Shown in pieces: positions 34,660-45,440 of a stretch of 64,000 bases of DNA (the stretch's first letter is position 1; every line of letters begins with the position of its first letter). The notes below the pieces were generated by a model that saw only the letters and a program-made list of their open reading frames with translations, was not told the origin of the DNA and did no database searches. Source of the stretch: an uncultured delta proteobacterium (GTDB taxonomy: Bacteria > Desulfobacterota > Syntrophia > Syntrophales > UBA2185); contig CAVOID010000013.1 of NCBI GenBank assembly GCA_963695875.1, forward strand, positions 1 through 64,000. Reading direction: 5' to 3'. The position numbers were made by a program, and so were the translations under genes.

Positions 34660-34966
34660 AGAACCGGGGAGATTTTATATACAAAAAACATAGACGCAAA
34701 GGGATTTACCCCCGGTCACCAGAACGGCGAAATGATGGACGGGGAAACTTTTAAAAGACAACGTCGAATTAGTTCAGCAGCTGAATAATCCACTTGTGTT
34801 GCAGTTCTTTGATAAAGAAGACTTTAAAAGTGAACGTGTTTGTAATTACAAAAACATTTAAAGTATTTAAAGGCCTTTTCCTCTTGACAAGAAATGATAA
34901 TAGTTGATAGGTAACTCTAAATTACACATTAGAGCGCAGTTCATTTCATGACAGGTGTCTGTTTTT

Positions 34967-35873
34967 ATGAATCAAAAAACTTCTGCCAGAGAATGGTTCA
35001 TGAAAGGATGTCGGAATGACCTTGTTGATCCTCAATCCGACGAGGCCATAGAAGCCTACAAAAGAAGTATTGTCCTTGATCCAACATTTACAGCATCATA
35101 CGTCAATCTGGGGTTCATTTACCTCCACAGAGAGGATTATGAATGGGCCCTGATATGTTTACAGAGGGTGACTGAACTGGAACCGAGCAGTCCGGAAGCT
35201 TATAATAACCTTGGCTACGTATATGAGAAAATGGGTAGGTTAGGAAGTGCAAAGCAAATTTACGAACGGGCTTTAGCACTGAATCAGGGAAATACTGAAG
35301 CTATAATTAATTTAGGACATATCTCTGAATTGGAGGGAAATTATCACGGCGCCTGAGGAACAGTATAAGAAAGCTATTGAAGTAGACCCAAATGCTGAGT
35401 CACCCCGTTTCTTTTTAGCCCTTCTGTACGATCATTACGACATGTTTGACGAAGCAATACTGTGGTATAAGGATGTCCTGGGGAAAAATCCCTCCCATGA
35501 AAAAGCCCTCTTTAATCTGGGAAACCTGTATGTTCAGTTGGGTGACTACGAAAAAGGCATCGAGTTTTTTAAACGCGTACTGGCGTTTAACTCTAATAAC
35601 GCAGAAGCATGGAATAATCTAGGGTCTATCTACGAAATCACAAAGCATTATGAGGATGCGATCACATCCTACCAGAAATCCCTTTCATTAAATCCTTTTC
35701 AAGAAGAAGCTAACGTTAATCTTGCTCAAATTCAGTATAACCAGTATCGATCAAACCCGAAAAGTATAAAAAAAGAAGGGATCATTCTCAGACTTCATTT
35801 TGCCCTTTCCATTAATCCACAGAAGACAAGGGCTCAACGCCTGTTGGATGAAATAACAAAGGCAAATATTTAG
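34967..35873 (+). CDS. Tetratricopeptide repeat protein; frameshift near 35353
   Basis: Repeated AYNNLG/ALFNLG/AWNNLG helices in two consecutive ORFs. Confidence 0.88.
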
Positions 35874-36041
35874 TGGAGGGAATCAAAAAGCCCAGCCAAA
35901 GACATTTAAAATTTTAGTGGCGTATTTTTAATTCAAAGCCAGAATATCTGGAATTTGATCATCCTGACTCATTTTTGCATAAGTATCGGAAGAAAAATCT
36001 CGGATTTTATGTGTAAGAATATACAGAGAATTATTTCACCC

Positions 36042-37425
36042 TCATTTAAGTCTATCCGCAATGAATTCCCGTATATCACTCCATATGGAAATGGGATCAT
36101 CCGGTGATGAAGATGTCAGTTCCGGATTCTTTTTCAGGATTTGCGCTGCCAGAGCCCCAGCTACCCTGAGCCTGTGCTCGTGCGAAGATGACTGCGCCTG
36201 TTCAACGATGTGACGGGGAATATTTATTGAAATTTTAAAACCACCTACATCCATTTCTTCCAAAATTTCTTTTTTTATCACTGGTGCTGCCTTAGGTTCC
36301 GGCATTTCCGCCGGCTCCGGCACTTCCTCAGCCAGTTCGGTTGCTGTATGGGTTTCTCGCACCTCCTCAATCGAAGGAATCTGTTCTTCAGGTACCAGCT
36401 TCTCCTCTGACTCTATCGTCTCTGCAGCAGGCTCGACTTTTTCTTCCTCATGGATATCTCCGTTATGGCGTCGATCCATAAAAGCATCTACCGAAAGGAC
36501 AGAGGAATCGACGGAAACCGGTATTGCCTCTTCCTCAACTATTTCCTCCAGAACCTCACTTTCAATCCTTTTTCTCGGCTTTCTCTTCTGAACGGCTGGC
36601 CCTGCCAGGTGCCTGAAACGCTCACCGATCTGACGAACAACATCCCCGGAAATTTCGGTAAATTGATTTGTTTCTCCTGCCTTTAATGATAATTTACTAA
36701 TCTTATTGATCAGACGGGGGACACCGTGTTCAGAGTATTCCCATAAAAAGCCGTACGCATCATTGGTAAAAACAGGCCTCAATCCTCCAGCCAGCGTCAG
36801 CCTCGTTTCAACATACGACTTTACTAAATCCTCAGATTCTATTTTATCAATCCTGCTGAATGTACCAATCCGCTGTAATAGGTTCGCTCGTTTAGGATGC
36901 TCCAATCTCCGTGCAAGTTCAAGTTGGCCCGCCAGCACGATTGTAAATAAATTCTTTTGATCATCCTGCATATTAGTGAGCAATCTCAGGCTTTCCAAAT
37001 TAGCAGGAGACATCGCATTTGCCTCATCAACAAATACCAAAACCTTCCTTCCCGAATCTATCGTCTCGAACAATATCTTGTTAAATATTTCCAGCAGATT
37101 AATTTTTCTTCTTTCTTCACACTGTTTCCCGATAAGTTGACCGATGATTTCCCTCAATAAGCTCAATAAAAGACATATCGGGATTAGTTACCAATGCGAT
37201 TTTATATTTATCCTGATCAAGAGAATCAATAATTATCCGAATAGATAAAGTTTTCCCCAGACCGACATCACCTACAATCACCGCAACACATTCATTCCCC
37301 TCCTCTATAGCAAACAGTGTTTCGGCTATCGCATTTTCCATTGACGCATGACAATCGGCATACATGGTTGGGTCTGGAACATTATCAAAAGGTGGTTTCT
37401 TGAGACCCCAATAATCGTAGTACAT
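36042..37425 (-). CDS. ExeA/GspA-like AAA ATPase with an acidic linker and C-terminal domain; frameshift near 37165
   Basis: MYYDYWGLKKPPF, Walker A GDVGLGKT, Walker B VFVDEA, LRLLTN, GVPRLIN. Confidence 0.88.
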
Positions 37426-37478
37426 AAATTTATAACCTCCTCGATGGTTAAAAGCGACCTATCGAAACTTTAAAAGTA

Positions 37479-38024
37479 TTATCCTCCGGAACTTGCAAAA
37501 ACCTCTTCACTTCGCGATAGATAATCAAGGATATCCTGCAATAGGAAACGCCTGAGTCTGCCAATCTTATAACTTTTAATTTTCTTCGACTTGACGAGTT
37601 TCATGAGTGAGCTATTACTAATCTGCAGCATCTGACAAACATGTCCAGACTTAAGCATTTTTACAGTTTCCACTTTCTTGAATTGAAAATTGAAAATAAT
37701 CTGCCCATCTCTCTGTCTTTGCATATCCAGGGAAACGCCGCTTGAATCCCCATTTAGGAAATACTTGACATAGCGACTTGATTTGACGAGCGCATACTGA
37801 TCGGGAGTCAGATTAATGGAAATTGTCTCATCAATATCTTCATCGCATTCATCAATAGCGAACATTTCTTTTTCCACATTATCGGAACTTCGTTTTAAAA
37901 TGCTTGACGGAATTTCAATCAACTCATTTTCCGGCAATACCTGCATACCAATTCCAGAAGGTCGCCCTCCAAAAGGCTCCAAAGACTCCTTCCTTCTCCT
38001 TTTAACAATAGAAAACTTTTCCAT
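37479..38024 (-). CDS. Protein with a C-terminal excisionase-like (HTH_17) DNA-binding domain
   Basis: MLKSGHVCQMLQIS...LVKSKKIKSYKIGRLRRF...DILDYL. Confidence 0.75.
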   Translation of the reverse strand: MEKFSIVKRRRKESLEPFGGRPSGIGMQVLPENELIEIPSSILKRSSDNVEKEMFAIDECDEDIDETISINLTPDQYALVKSSRYVKYFLNGDSSGVSLDMQRQRDGQIIFNFQFKKVETVKMLKSGHVCQMLQISNSSLMKLVKSKKIKSYKIGRLRRFLLQDILDYLSRSEEVFASSGG

Positions 38025-38208
38025 AATTATCCCTTTCATGGACAAAGCACTATAAATCCCTCATTTTTCAATCCCTTATCATATAAATGGATGTGCTTTA
38101 TCCATGCTTTAAGCTAATAAAAAGCTTGTAATTCTAATAAACCATTTCGGATAAATCAATATAAAACTTAAGGTTCTCGGTAAGCAGCAAGGTTTTAGAA
38201 AACGCGCA

Positions 38209-38290
38209 TTTAGCGCGAACACATAATAGAACAGAGGGTTTGATTTAAGGTAAATGTAGGTTGGGGTGTCCTCGATATCGAAGCGGTGGA
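38209..38290 (-). pseudogene. Decayed copy of the 3' end of the adjacent radical SAM gene
   Basis: ASISRTPQPTFTLNQTLCSIMCSR* is colinear with ASILRKSPPIFSSNHAPFFVMRPS*; both are followed by ATGCGCGTT. Confidence 0.6.
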
Positions 38291-38461
38291 GCGATAGGCC
38301 CGCTTCATAAAAGTACCGAGGTCAAGCTATCCGGCCTCCTGTCGATATCTATTATGATAAGGAAAAAGAGGTTATGCTTGCCGATGGCGCATAAATAAAG
38401 TATCTTCAATATAAATCCGGGATGGCAGATCATGCAAATCCGTCAGGCTCCCTTATTCACA

Positions 38462-39016
38462 TTACCATATTTTGGATATTATGGCGTCGGCATGACGCAA
38501 TCTTTGCACAAGAGTGAACAACAAATTACGGGCTGCCGCATGGGATGCCTGTACCAGAGACCAGAGTGTATCTTCCTCCATGGCCAGTAATACACATGAT
38601 TCATCTGCTACAACAAAGGCTGACGTTGGCTTGTGATCGACAACAGACATTTCCCCGACACTTTCACCAGGTTCAAGCATGACAATAGGTTTAGAGTCAA
38701 TGGAATCCAGATGAATACATAATCGGCCAGATAGCAGAAAATAGACGGTTCGATTTGACTGTGTGGGGGCTATGAGGATTTCCTTCGGCTCTAATTTCAG
38801 AATAGTACAGAGATCTAATAGACCTAAGATTACTTCTGGTTCTACACCTTTTAATAGATATACCTGCTTTAGATCCATTTCATCAATGTAAAATGTCGAA
38901 CCATTTGATTCCTGTTCTTTCAGGACTTGTATGCCATCGTCACGAGGTCGATCCCTGCCTGGCTCTAAAGAGCCCCTCCTTCGTCTTTTAAGAATAGAAA
39001 CCTTTTCCAAAATCAT
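38462..39016 (-). CDS. Cyclic-nucleotide-binding domain protein
   Basis: VYFLLSGRL, LEPGESVGEMSVVD..PTSA.V. Confidence 0.82.
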   Translation of the reverse strand: MILEKVSILKRRRRGSLEPGRDRPRDDGIQVLKEQESNGSTFYIDEMDLKQVYLLKGVEPEVILGLLDLCTILKLEPKEILIAPTQSNRTVYFLLSGRLCIHLDSIDSKPIVMLEPGESVGEMSVVDHKPTSAFVVADESCVLLAMEEDTLWSLVQASHAAARNLLFTLVQRLRHADAIISKIW

Positions 39017-39192
39017 TCCTTTTATGGAAAAAACAATAGATTATACAATTTCCCAACCATGCAAAGGGATGCAACTTACACGAGCCTTGCAATTTTCATT
39101 TATTATTTCTAATCTTAATAGACGGTTTCAGATAAATCAATATAAATGTTATGGTCTTCCGCGTTCAGGGGGGCAATCAACAGAACGCGCAT

Positions 39193-40770
39193 TCAGCTTG
39201 GGCGCATAACAAAAAAGGGGGCATGGTTGGAGCTGAATATGGGGGGAGATTTCCTCAATATCGAAGCAACGGCAGGATGTTTCTTAAATTCGTGATTCAG
39301 AAATTGCCTTACAAGATTTCGTCCCCATCCTCTTGGATGCAAAAAACTCCTGTACAGTGATAGGTCTCCTTCATAAAATTCACCGGTTTCGAGCTCATTT
39401 GCCTCAGGACTATGAGTCGGAAGGTTGAAGATGGCAAGGTTGAGAAAATCTATCTGATTGCCGTGCCTGACTGTGAATTCAAGGGTCTTGCGAGCCTCAG
39501 CAATTGTCTCTGAGGGGGTCCCGAAAAGCAGGTATACGTATGGTGCTATTCCCGCCTTTTTCAAGGTCTTCAAGGCAGATGAGGCCGTCTTCAGGTCAAA
39601 TCCCTTTTGCATATTATCGAGGACCCCTTGGTCACCTGATTCCAAGCCAAGCTGTAACATGACGCAGCCTGATCGTTTCAGGGCCAGGCAGAAATCCAGG
39701 TCTGTCAAATGTGATGTTATCCTGGCAAATCCATACCATGGAATACTGAATAATGACTCAGCGAGGGCCTTTAGAAGTGCAGGACTGAGCGCATTGTCCA
39801 GTAGATGGACAAGGGCAGGCTTCGTGCTATCTGTGAGGTTATGGAGGTCTGTAATTACCCCGTCGATCGGTACGGGTTTATAGGGACTCCCTTCTGCTCT
39901 TTCCGGACAGAAAGAACAGCGGTTCCAGTAGCATCCACTTGATGCACTGTAAGGAAGAATTGTGCCTGGAGCCAGATAAGAGTTTGTACACAAGTCATTA
40001 TAATCGGGAGTTACATTATTTTCCAAAGGCGAGATGCCGAGGATAGATAGCAGCTTATCCTCTCCTGGTCCGGCTACCATGTCGTCGACGAGTCCCTCGA
40101 ATGGATTTGACCAGCCGGTCCGCCGTACCCAAGACGTTACCAGTCCGCCGCCCAAAACTATTCTGATGCCTGGGTATTCCCTCCTTAAAATGCCGATCAT
40201 AGCAAATGTGCATAGTGCCTGACTCAGGAAGTTCAATGAAAATCCGACAAAGGCAGGGTGTTCCTTCTCCAGCGCCGGCAACAGCATTTTCTTGAAATAG
40301 CTATAGAAGGGATTACGCTCAGGCGTCTCGGAAGCTTTTACCAGATCCTCGCTCCTGACAGGGGAAAGATTCCGATCAAGGTAATTAGATAGACTCAGGC
40401 GTACATCGCAATGCGACGCCGATACCGCAAGAACCCGGTTGATATCCGTAACCGCCCGCTTGTAGCGATCAATATTCTTGTATACCTCCCAGGATTTCAA
40501 GGCAGCGATGTTGCTTCCCAGATAGCGAAATGAGCGGTTGGTCCATTTCTCCCGTATATTTCCCGACCTTGCTCCTTCACAGCTCTCTCCTGCCTCATTT
40601 AGGGGGTAGTTCATTCCCGTCCCGTTTTTTACGAGGAGACTTGAGATGCCTTCCATATTGGCATCAATAACCTTGCACGGTACGTTATGACGGTTCATGG
40701 CACCTGCAATCTTCGCCAGTCCTGCAGGTGGTTCACAAGGTTTGACAAGAGGTGGATGGATAAGAAGCAT
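39193..40770 (-). CDS. Radical SAM protein with a B12-binding-like N-terminal domain
   Basis: LLIHPP, VLGGG, GCYWNRCSFC, LGLESG, YLLFGTP. Confidence 0.85.
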   Translation of the reverse strand: MLLIHPPLVKPCEPPAGLAKIAGAMNRHNVPCKVIDANMEGISSLLVKNGTGMNYPLNEAGESCEGARSGNIREKWTNRSFRYLGSNIAALKSWEVYKNIDRYKRAVTDINRVLAVSASHCDVRLSLSNYLDRNLSPVRSEDLVKASETPERNPFYSYFKKMLLPALEKEHPAFVGFSLNFLSQALCTFAMIGILRREYPGIRIVLGGGLVTSWVRRTGWSNPFEGLVDDMVAGPGEDKLLSILGISPLENNVTPDYNDLCTNSYLAPGTILPYSASSGCYWNRCSFCPERAEGSPYKPVPIDGVITDLHNLTDSTKPALVHLLDNALSPALLKALAESLFSIPWYGFARITSHLTDLDFCLALKRSGCVMLQLGLESGDQGVLDNMQKGFDLKTASSALKTLKKAGIAPYVYLLFGTPSETIAEARKTLEFTVRHGNQIDFLNLAIFNLPTHSPEANELETGEFYEGDLSLYRSFLHPRGWGRNLVRQFLNHEFKKHPAVASILRKSPPIFSSNHAPFFVMRPS

Positions 40771-40810
40771 ATTATTCGGCGATCTCGAAAAAAAGCTCAA
40801 CAGGCAAGGA

Positions 40811-41608
40811 CTAATCTATTGACTGCTGCTCCGGATTTATTTTTTCAAACAAATCTATCATGTCGTAATGTATCTTCCCATTTGTGGCCAGAACATGCGG
40901 AGATTCGAGAGAAAAAATACTGCCAAATAGATCCGTAACCATCCCCCTGGCTTCGATTATGAGAAGCAAGCCAGCGGCTGTATCCCAGGGCATCAGTTTT
41001 AGTTCCCAAAAACCATCAAAACGGCCCATTGCTACATAAGCCATATCAAGAGCTGCTGACCCGGCCCGGCGAATTGCCTGGGCACTTTTCGCCATTCCAT
41101 TAAAGTAATTGATATTATTATTCTCATCATTCCTGATATCATAGGGGAACCCGGTTGCTAAAAGACTTTTAGAAAGATCGACGGTACTTGAAACGGAAAT
41201 CTTTTTACCATTTAAAAAAGCACCCTTCCCTTTTTCTGCCACAAACATCTCATCCAGCATGGGATTGTAAATAACGCCGAGACGGATTTCACCTTTTTCT
41301 TCTAAGGCAATAGATACGCAGAAAACGGGATAACCATGAGCATAATTCGTTGTCCCATCAAGAGGATCAATAAGCCAGCGAAATTCTGAACCTTTGGCTG
41401 TATGTGTCGATTCCTCAGCAAGGATGTCATGATGGGGGTATCTACGTTGAATCCTGGACTTAATCAATTCTTCCGAAATCCGGTCCACCTCCGTAACAAT
41501 ATTGATCTCTCCTTTATAATCTATTATGTGTTTATCGTTGAGCCTTTCCTTGAGAAACATTCCTGCTTCCCTGGCGACAGAAATTACAAAGTCCCGGCAA
41601 TCATCCAT
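40811..41608 (-). CDS. suhB: Inositol monophosphatase family protein
   Basis: WLIDPLDGTTNY, RRAGSAALD, WDTAAG. Confidence 0.92.
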   Translation of the reverse strand: MDDCRDFVISVAREAGMFLKERLNDKHIIDYKGEINIVTEVDRISEELIKSRIQRRYPHHDILAEESTHTAKGSEFRWLIDPLDGTTNYAHGYPVFCVSIALEEKGEIRLGVIYNPMLDEMFVAEKGKGAFLNGKKISVSSTVDLSKSLLATGFPYDIRNDENNNINYFNGMAKSAQAIRRAGSAALDMAYVAMGRFDGFWELKLMPWDTAAGLLLIIEARGMVTDLFGSIFSLESPHVLATNGKIHYDMIDLFEKINPEQQSID

Positions 41609-41874
41609 AAGCTATAAATTCCTATGCAAAGATATTTTATTTTCTTTCCCCCTATTAACTGCAAAAGGATTGGAGGGTTCATGTGCTTGAACCGTTCGCT
41701 CGAATTGTTGACCCCTTGAATCCTAATGGTGCCGGTTATTTTCTCCAGCCTGCAACGTATATCAACTTTTTCCATTTTTTGAAAGTTGCATCTTTCTGTT
41801 GCATGACTCTGAAATTGGTGGTAATTATTCAAACGGTATGATTCTTCAGTTTCCATCGAATTGAGACATCTGTT

Positions 41875-42789
41875 ATGACAGATACCGTAAAAGATACGGA
41901 GAGCCCGGAACAGCCACGTAGAGATTTAAATATGACAGAACCTGACCTCAAATCTATAAGAGAATCCAAAGGATTCACTATAAAAGACATATTTGCGCGT
42001 ACCCGCATTAGTATAGCTATTCTTGAAGCTATAGAAAACGGTGAATTTCACCTGCTTCCCCCGCCCGTTTTTACAAAATCCTTCATTAAAATATATGCAA
42101 AAATCTTAGGAGCTGACAGCAGTCCGACCATATCCCGTTATGAACAATACCTGGAAACGCTTAAATCTACCCAAGGGGATTTAGTAGAAACAGAAAAAAT
42201 CACAAAACCAGCGAGGGTAAATTACAAGGCATTCTTGTGGGGATTATTAACTCTTATTATCGCTGGCCTTATCACTTTGACACTATCTTCCCACAAATCG
42301 GACATTGATATTTTAAAAAATCAAATTAGTGAACCTGTCCAGAATACAGCCAGTTTAAAGCCTGCCGATGATATCAAGACAGATGTCAAAAGCGAAGCAG
42401 TTGATCAGACAAATTTAGCCGTAAAAACTCATAAGAAAGAAGACGAATTACCCCCTGCAGCGCAGGTACAGCCGCCAATTAGCAAGACGGAGAGTAAGCT
42501 TAACGTTCAACAAGGAAGGGCATCTCAAGAGGTCCATAAACAGCAGAGGGAGATCGCCGGAACATATCAAATAGTTATGGAAGCCAGGGCGCTCACATGG
42601 TTAAGAATTACCGCAGATGAAGATCCACCATACGAAGTCTTACTGCAGCCCGGTGAAAAGATTCAGAAATCAGGGTCGCAATTCATGATTGATGTTGGTA
42701 ATGCCGGCGGTATTGATATTGATTTTCAAGGTAAGTCTCTGGGCAACCTCGGGAAACAAGGAGAAGTTGTTCACCTAAAACTACCTTAG
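41875..42789 (+). CDS. rodZ: RodZ-like protein (HTH_25, TM, DUF4115)
   Basis: LKSIRE...LEAIENGEF.LLP..F.KSFI..YA; single TM; VGNAGG C-terminus. Confidence 0.82.
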   Translation: MTDTVKDTESPEQPRRDLNMTEPDLKSIRESKGFTIKDIFARTRISIAILEAIENGEFHLLPPPVFTKSFIKIYAKILGADSSPTISRYEQYLETLKSTQGDLVETEKITKPARVNYKAFLWGLLTLIIAGLITLTLSSHKSDIDILKNQISEPVQNTASLKPADDIKTDVKSEAVDQTNLAVKTHKKEDELPPAAQVQPPISKTESKLNVQQGRASQEVHKQQREIAGTYQIVMEARALTWLRITADEDPPYEVLLQPGEKIQKSGSQFMIDVGNAGGIDIDFQGKSLGNLGKQGEVVHLKLP

Positions 42790-42848
42790 ATTCCGGGTTT
42801 GTCAAAGATGATTTGATATTTAGATTATATAAATGAGGTTATGAAAAC

Positions 42849-43040
42849 ATGTTTGGAATAGGTGTACCTGAATTAATTGTAATTCTCGTAATTGTTTTAA
42901 TCATCTTTGGTGCCGGCAAGCTTCCGGAGATCGGTGGCGCCATCGGAAAGGGTATTAAGAACTTCAAGAAATCCGTACGTGAACCGGATGAGATAGATGT
43001 AACACCCGATTCTAAAAAAAAGACCGATGAAAAAAAATAG
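42849..43040 (+). CDS. tatA: Twin-arginine translocase TatA/E
   Basis: [39 protein letters not shown]. Confidence 0.95.
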   Translation: MFGIGVPELIVILVIVLIIFGAGKLPEIGGAIGKGIKNFKKSVREPDEIDVTPDSKKKTDEKK

Positions 43041-43052
43041 GGCGGGTTCAGG

Positions 43053-43469
43053 CTAAAAGGGAACATCCTCCTCTGGTGCCTGTTCCAACCCTGAAGATGC
43101 CGGGGCCTGATCAGCACCAGCCGTATCCTGACTCCGCATTTGCCCCTTCGAATCCAGCATCTGCATATTTGCAGCAACAATCTCCGTCGTGGAACGCTTA
43201 ACACCATCTTTGTCTTCCCAGGAACGCGTTTGAATTCTGCCCTCAATGAATATCAATTTCCCCTTAGAAAGATAATTGCTGCAAATTTCCGCCAATTTAC
43301 CATAGGCTACTATCCTATGCCATTCTGTCCTCTGTAGCTTTTCGCCGTTCTTGTCTTTCCACTGAAGGTCCGTTGCCAGCCGGAAATTTGTCACCATTGT
43401 ACCATCCGGTGTGTATCTGACCTCAGGATCGGCCCCCAGCCTTCCTATCAATAACGCCTTATTAACCAT
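43053..43469 (-). CDS. ssb: Single-stranded DNA-binding protein
   Basis: NKALLIGRLGADPE, TEWHRIV, C-terminal EDVPF. Confidence 0.97.
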   Translation of the reverse strand: MVNKALLIGRLGADPEVRYTPDGTMVTNFRLATDLQWKDKNGEKLQRTEWHRIVAYGKLAEICSNYLSKGKLIFIEGRIQTRSWEDKDGVKRSTTEIVAANMQMLDSKGQMRSQDTAGADQAPASSGLEQAPEEDVPF

Positions 43470-43611
43470 TCTTGTCCCCCTCCCCGAATCAGCGTAAGAT
43501 GCGGGGGATCATATAAAACTTTACGGGGAATAGCAATGCAAAATTGGGCACGAAACGAATTTGTGCTTGATTTTATAAAAAAATTGAAGTAAAATTAGAT
43601 CTCAATAAAGA

Positions 43612-43686
43612 GCTGTGCAGGGGTGCCGACCAGGCTGAGAAGATACCCTTTGAACCTGATCTGGGTAATGCCAGCGGAGGAAACTG
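43612..43686 (+). ncRNA. TPP riboswitch
   Basis: GGGGTGC...GCTGAGA...ACCC.TTGAACCTGATCTGGGTAATGCCAGCG.AGG consensus, upstream of thiC. Confidence 0.95.
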
Positions 43687-43705
43687 AATATGTACATATT
43701 TCTTT

Positions 43706-43749
43706 TGGGGCATATCCTTAGAGGCAAAAGGGTATGCCCCATATTAGTT
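43706..43749 (+). terminator. Expression-platform hairpin of the TPP riboswitch
   Basis: TGGGGCATATCCT...AGGGTATGCCCCA 13-bp stem with a weak U-tract. Confidence 0.6.
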
Positions 43750-43781
43750 TATATAGTCAACTTTGCAGGAGAGTTTTTACA

Positions 43782-45070
43782 ATGACACAATTAGAGATAG
43801 CGCGAAAAGGCTCAATATCTGAAGAAATGAAAAAATGTGCCGAAGTGGAGGGGGTATCCCCTGAATTCATTCGCGACGGTGTCGAGAAAGGCACCATCGT
43901 AGTGATCCGTAATATAAAGCACAGTACCATAGCGCCGCTTGCCATTAGGCAAAGGACTCAAGACAAAAATCAATGCCAATATAGGAACATCTAAAGACCG
44001 TGTGGATCTCGATCTGGAGCTCGAAAAAGTGAAAATTTCTGTCGCTGCAGGGGCAGATACAATCATGGACCTGTCCACAGGCGGTGATATCAGACGGATC
44101 AGGCAAGCTATCATCAAGGCATCAACAGCTCCCCGTTGGGACAGTCCCTATCTACCAGGCTGCCGCCGATATGGTGGAGGCGAAAAAAGCCATCATGGAA
44201 ATGACCGGTGACGACATGTTCCGGGTTATAGAAGAAAATGGTGAGGACGGCGTTGACTTCATCACCGTTCATTGTGGTGTAACAAGAAGAAGTGTGGCAT
44301 GCATAGAGGAAGAAGGGCGCATATTAGGTATTGTGAGCAGGGGCGGCTCCATTACCAGAAACTGGATGTCATTTAATGACAGAGAAAATCCCTTATATGA
44401 AGAATATGACCGCCTGTTAGAAATCGCCAAGCGTTACGATATGGTCCTCAGTCTCGGTGACGGGCTACGGCCGGGGTGCATCGCTGATGCCACAGACCGG
44501 GGACAGGTTCAGGAATTAATTCTTCTTGGTGAACTCGCAAAAAGGGCAAGAGATTACGGGGTTCAGGTCATGATAGAAGGTCCCGGACATGTACCTATCA
44601 AAGAGATCGAAGCCAATATCCAGCTACAGAAGAGTTTGTGTAACGGCGCACCTTTCTATGTCCTTGGACCACTACCAACCGACATCGCTCCCGGTTATGA
44701 TCACATCACCTCAGCAATCGGCGGGGCCATTGCCGGAGCGGCAGGTGCAGACTTTCTCTGCTACGTAACACCGTCAGAGCACCTTCGCCTACCCACGCTC
44801 GAAGATGTCAGGGAAGGCGTCATCGCATCAAAGATCGCCGCCCATATTGCCGATATTGCAAAGGAAATCCCCGGCGCCCTTAACAAGGACAAGATGATGG
44901 CACGCTACAGAAAGGATTTCGACTGGCAGGGTCAGGTCAAAATATCCATTGACCCGGAAAGAACAAAGAAATTCCTCGAGACCAGTCAAAGCGCAAAAGA
45001 AGAGGGATGTACCATGTGCGGAGAATTTTGCGCCATCAAGCTGGGGAAAATCAGCAGTCATAAAGGGTAA
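43782..45070 (+). CDS. thiC: Phosphomethylpyrimidine synthase; frameshifts near 43945 and 44130
   Basis: [56 protein letters not shown] riboswitch upstream. Confidence 0.94.
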
Positions 45071-45157
45071 TCGCAATAGAAGATTGAGCAGGGTTAAAAA
45101 TTGTCAGCTTCAGCATCCATTTTTCCCCAATATTCGACTTTGTACAGATTATCATTA

Positions 45158-45292
45158 GAGACCTTTGAAACTTTTCGTCCAATGTAATCACGAGGCGTGA
45201 AGCGTCCGTGGTAATCTTACTATTTATCAAAGACTTATAACATTTCTCCTTTTCAGCCGAAATGAACAAAACGAGTGTTTTTCAAAGGTCTT
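45158..45292. mobile_element. ~135-bp MITE with IS5-family-like ends
   Basis: Perfect 12-bp inverted repeat AGACCTTTGAAA (45159-45170) / TTTCAAAGGTCT (45280-45291); no transposase. Confidence 0.65.
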
Positions 45293-45440
45293 ATCGAAAA
45301 AAACCTTTGCTTCTATTAAAAATCCCTTTATAAATTCTCCATGAATCTTGTCGCATCAAGAGATAGACAAATCATACTTGACTAAACTCCGAAAAAAATA
45401 TAATTAAATCCGATTTCTATTTAAATTGGATAAGTTATTT

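Noticed and set aside
34680..34790. GACGCAAAG motif and hairpins suggesting a c-di-GMP-I riboswitch
   Set aside because: Lacks the upstream GGCAAA/GAAA-tetraloop P2 stem and the matching P1; not supportable.
35354..35356. In-frame TGA in the TPR gene (and at 877-879 in the porin) as possible selenocysteine or readthrough
   Set aside because: Homology continues in a different frame, so these are indels rather than recoding.
37479..38024. Prophage or integrative element implied by the excisionase-like HTH
   Set aside because: No integrase, att-like repeats, tRNA or phage genes nearby.
43782..45070. BzaA/B/F (benzimidazole synthase) instead of ThiC
   Set aside because: The upstream element is a TPP riboswitch, not a cobalamin riboswitch, and no B12 genes are adjacent.
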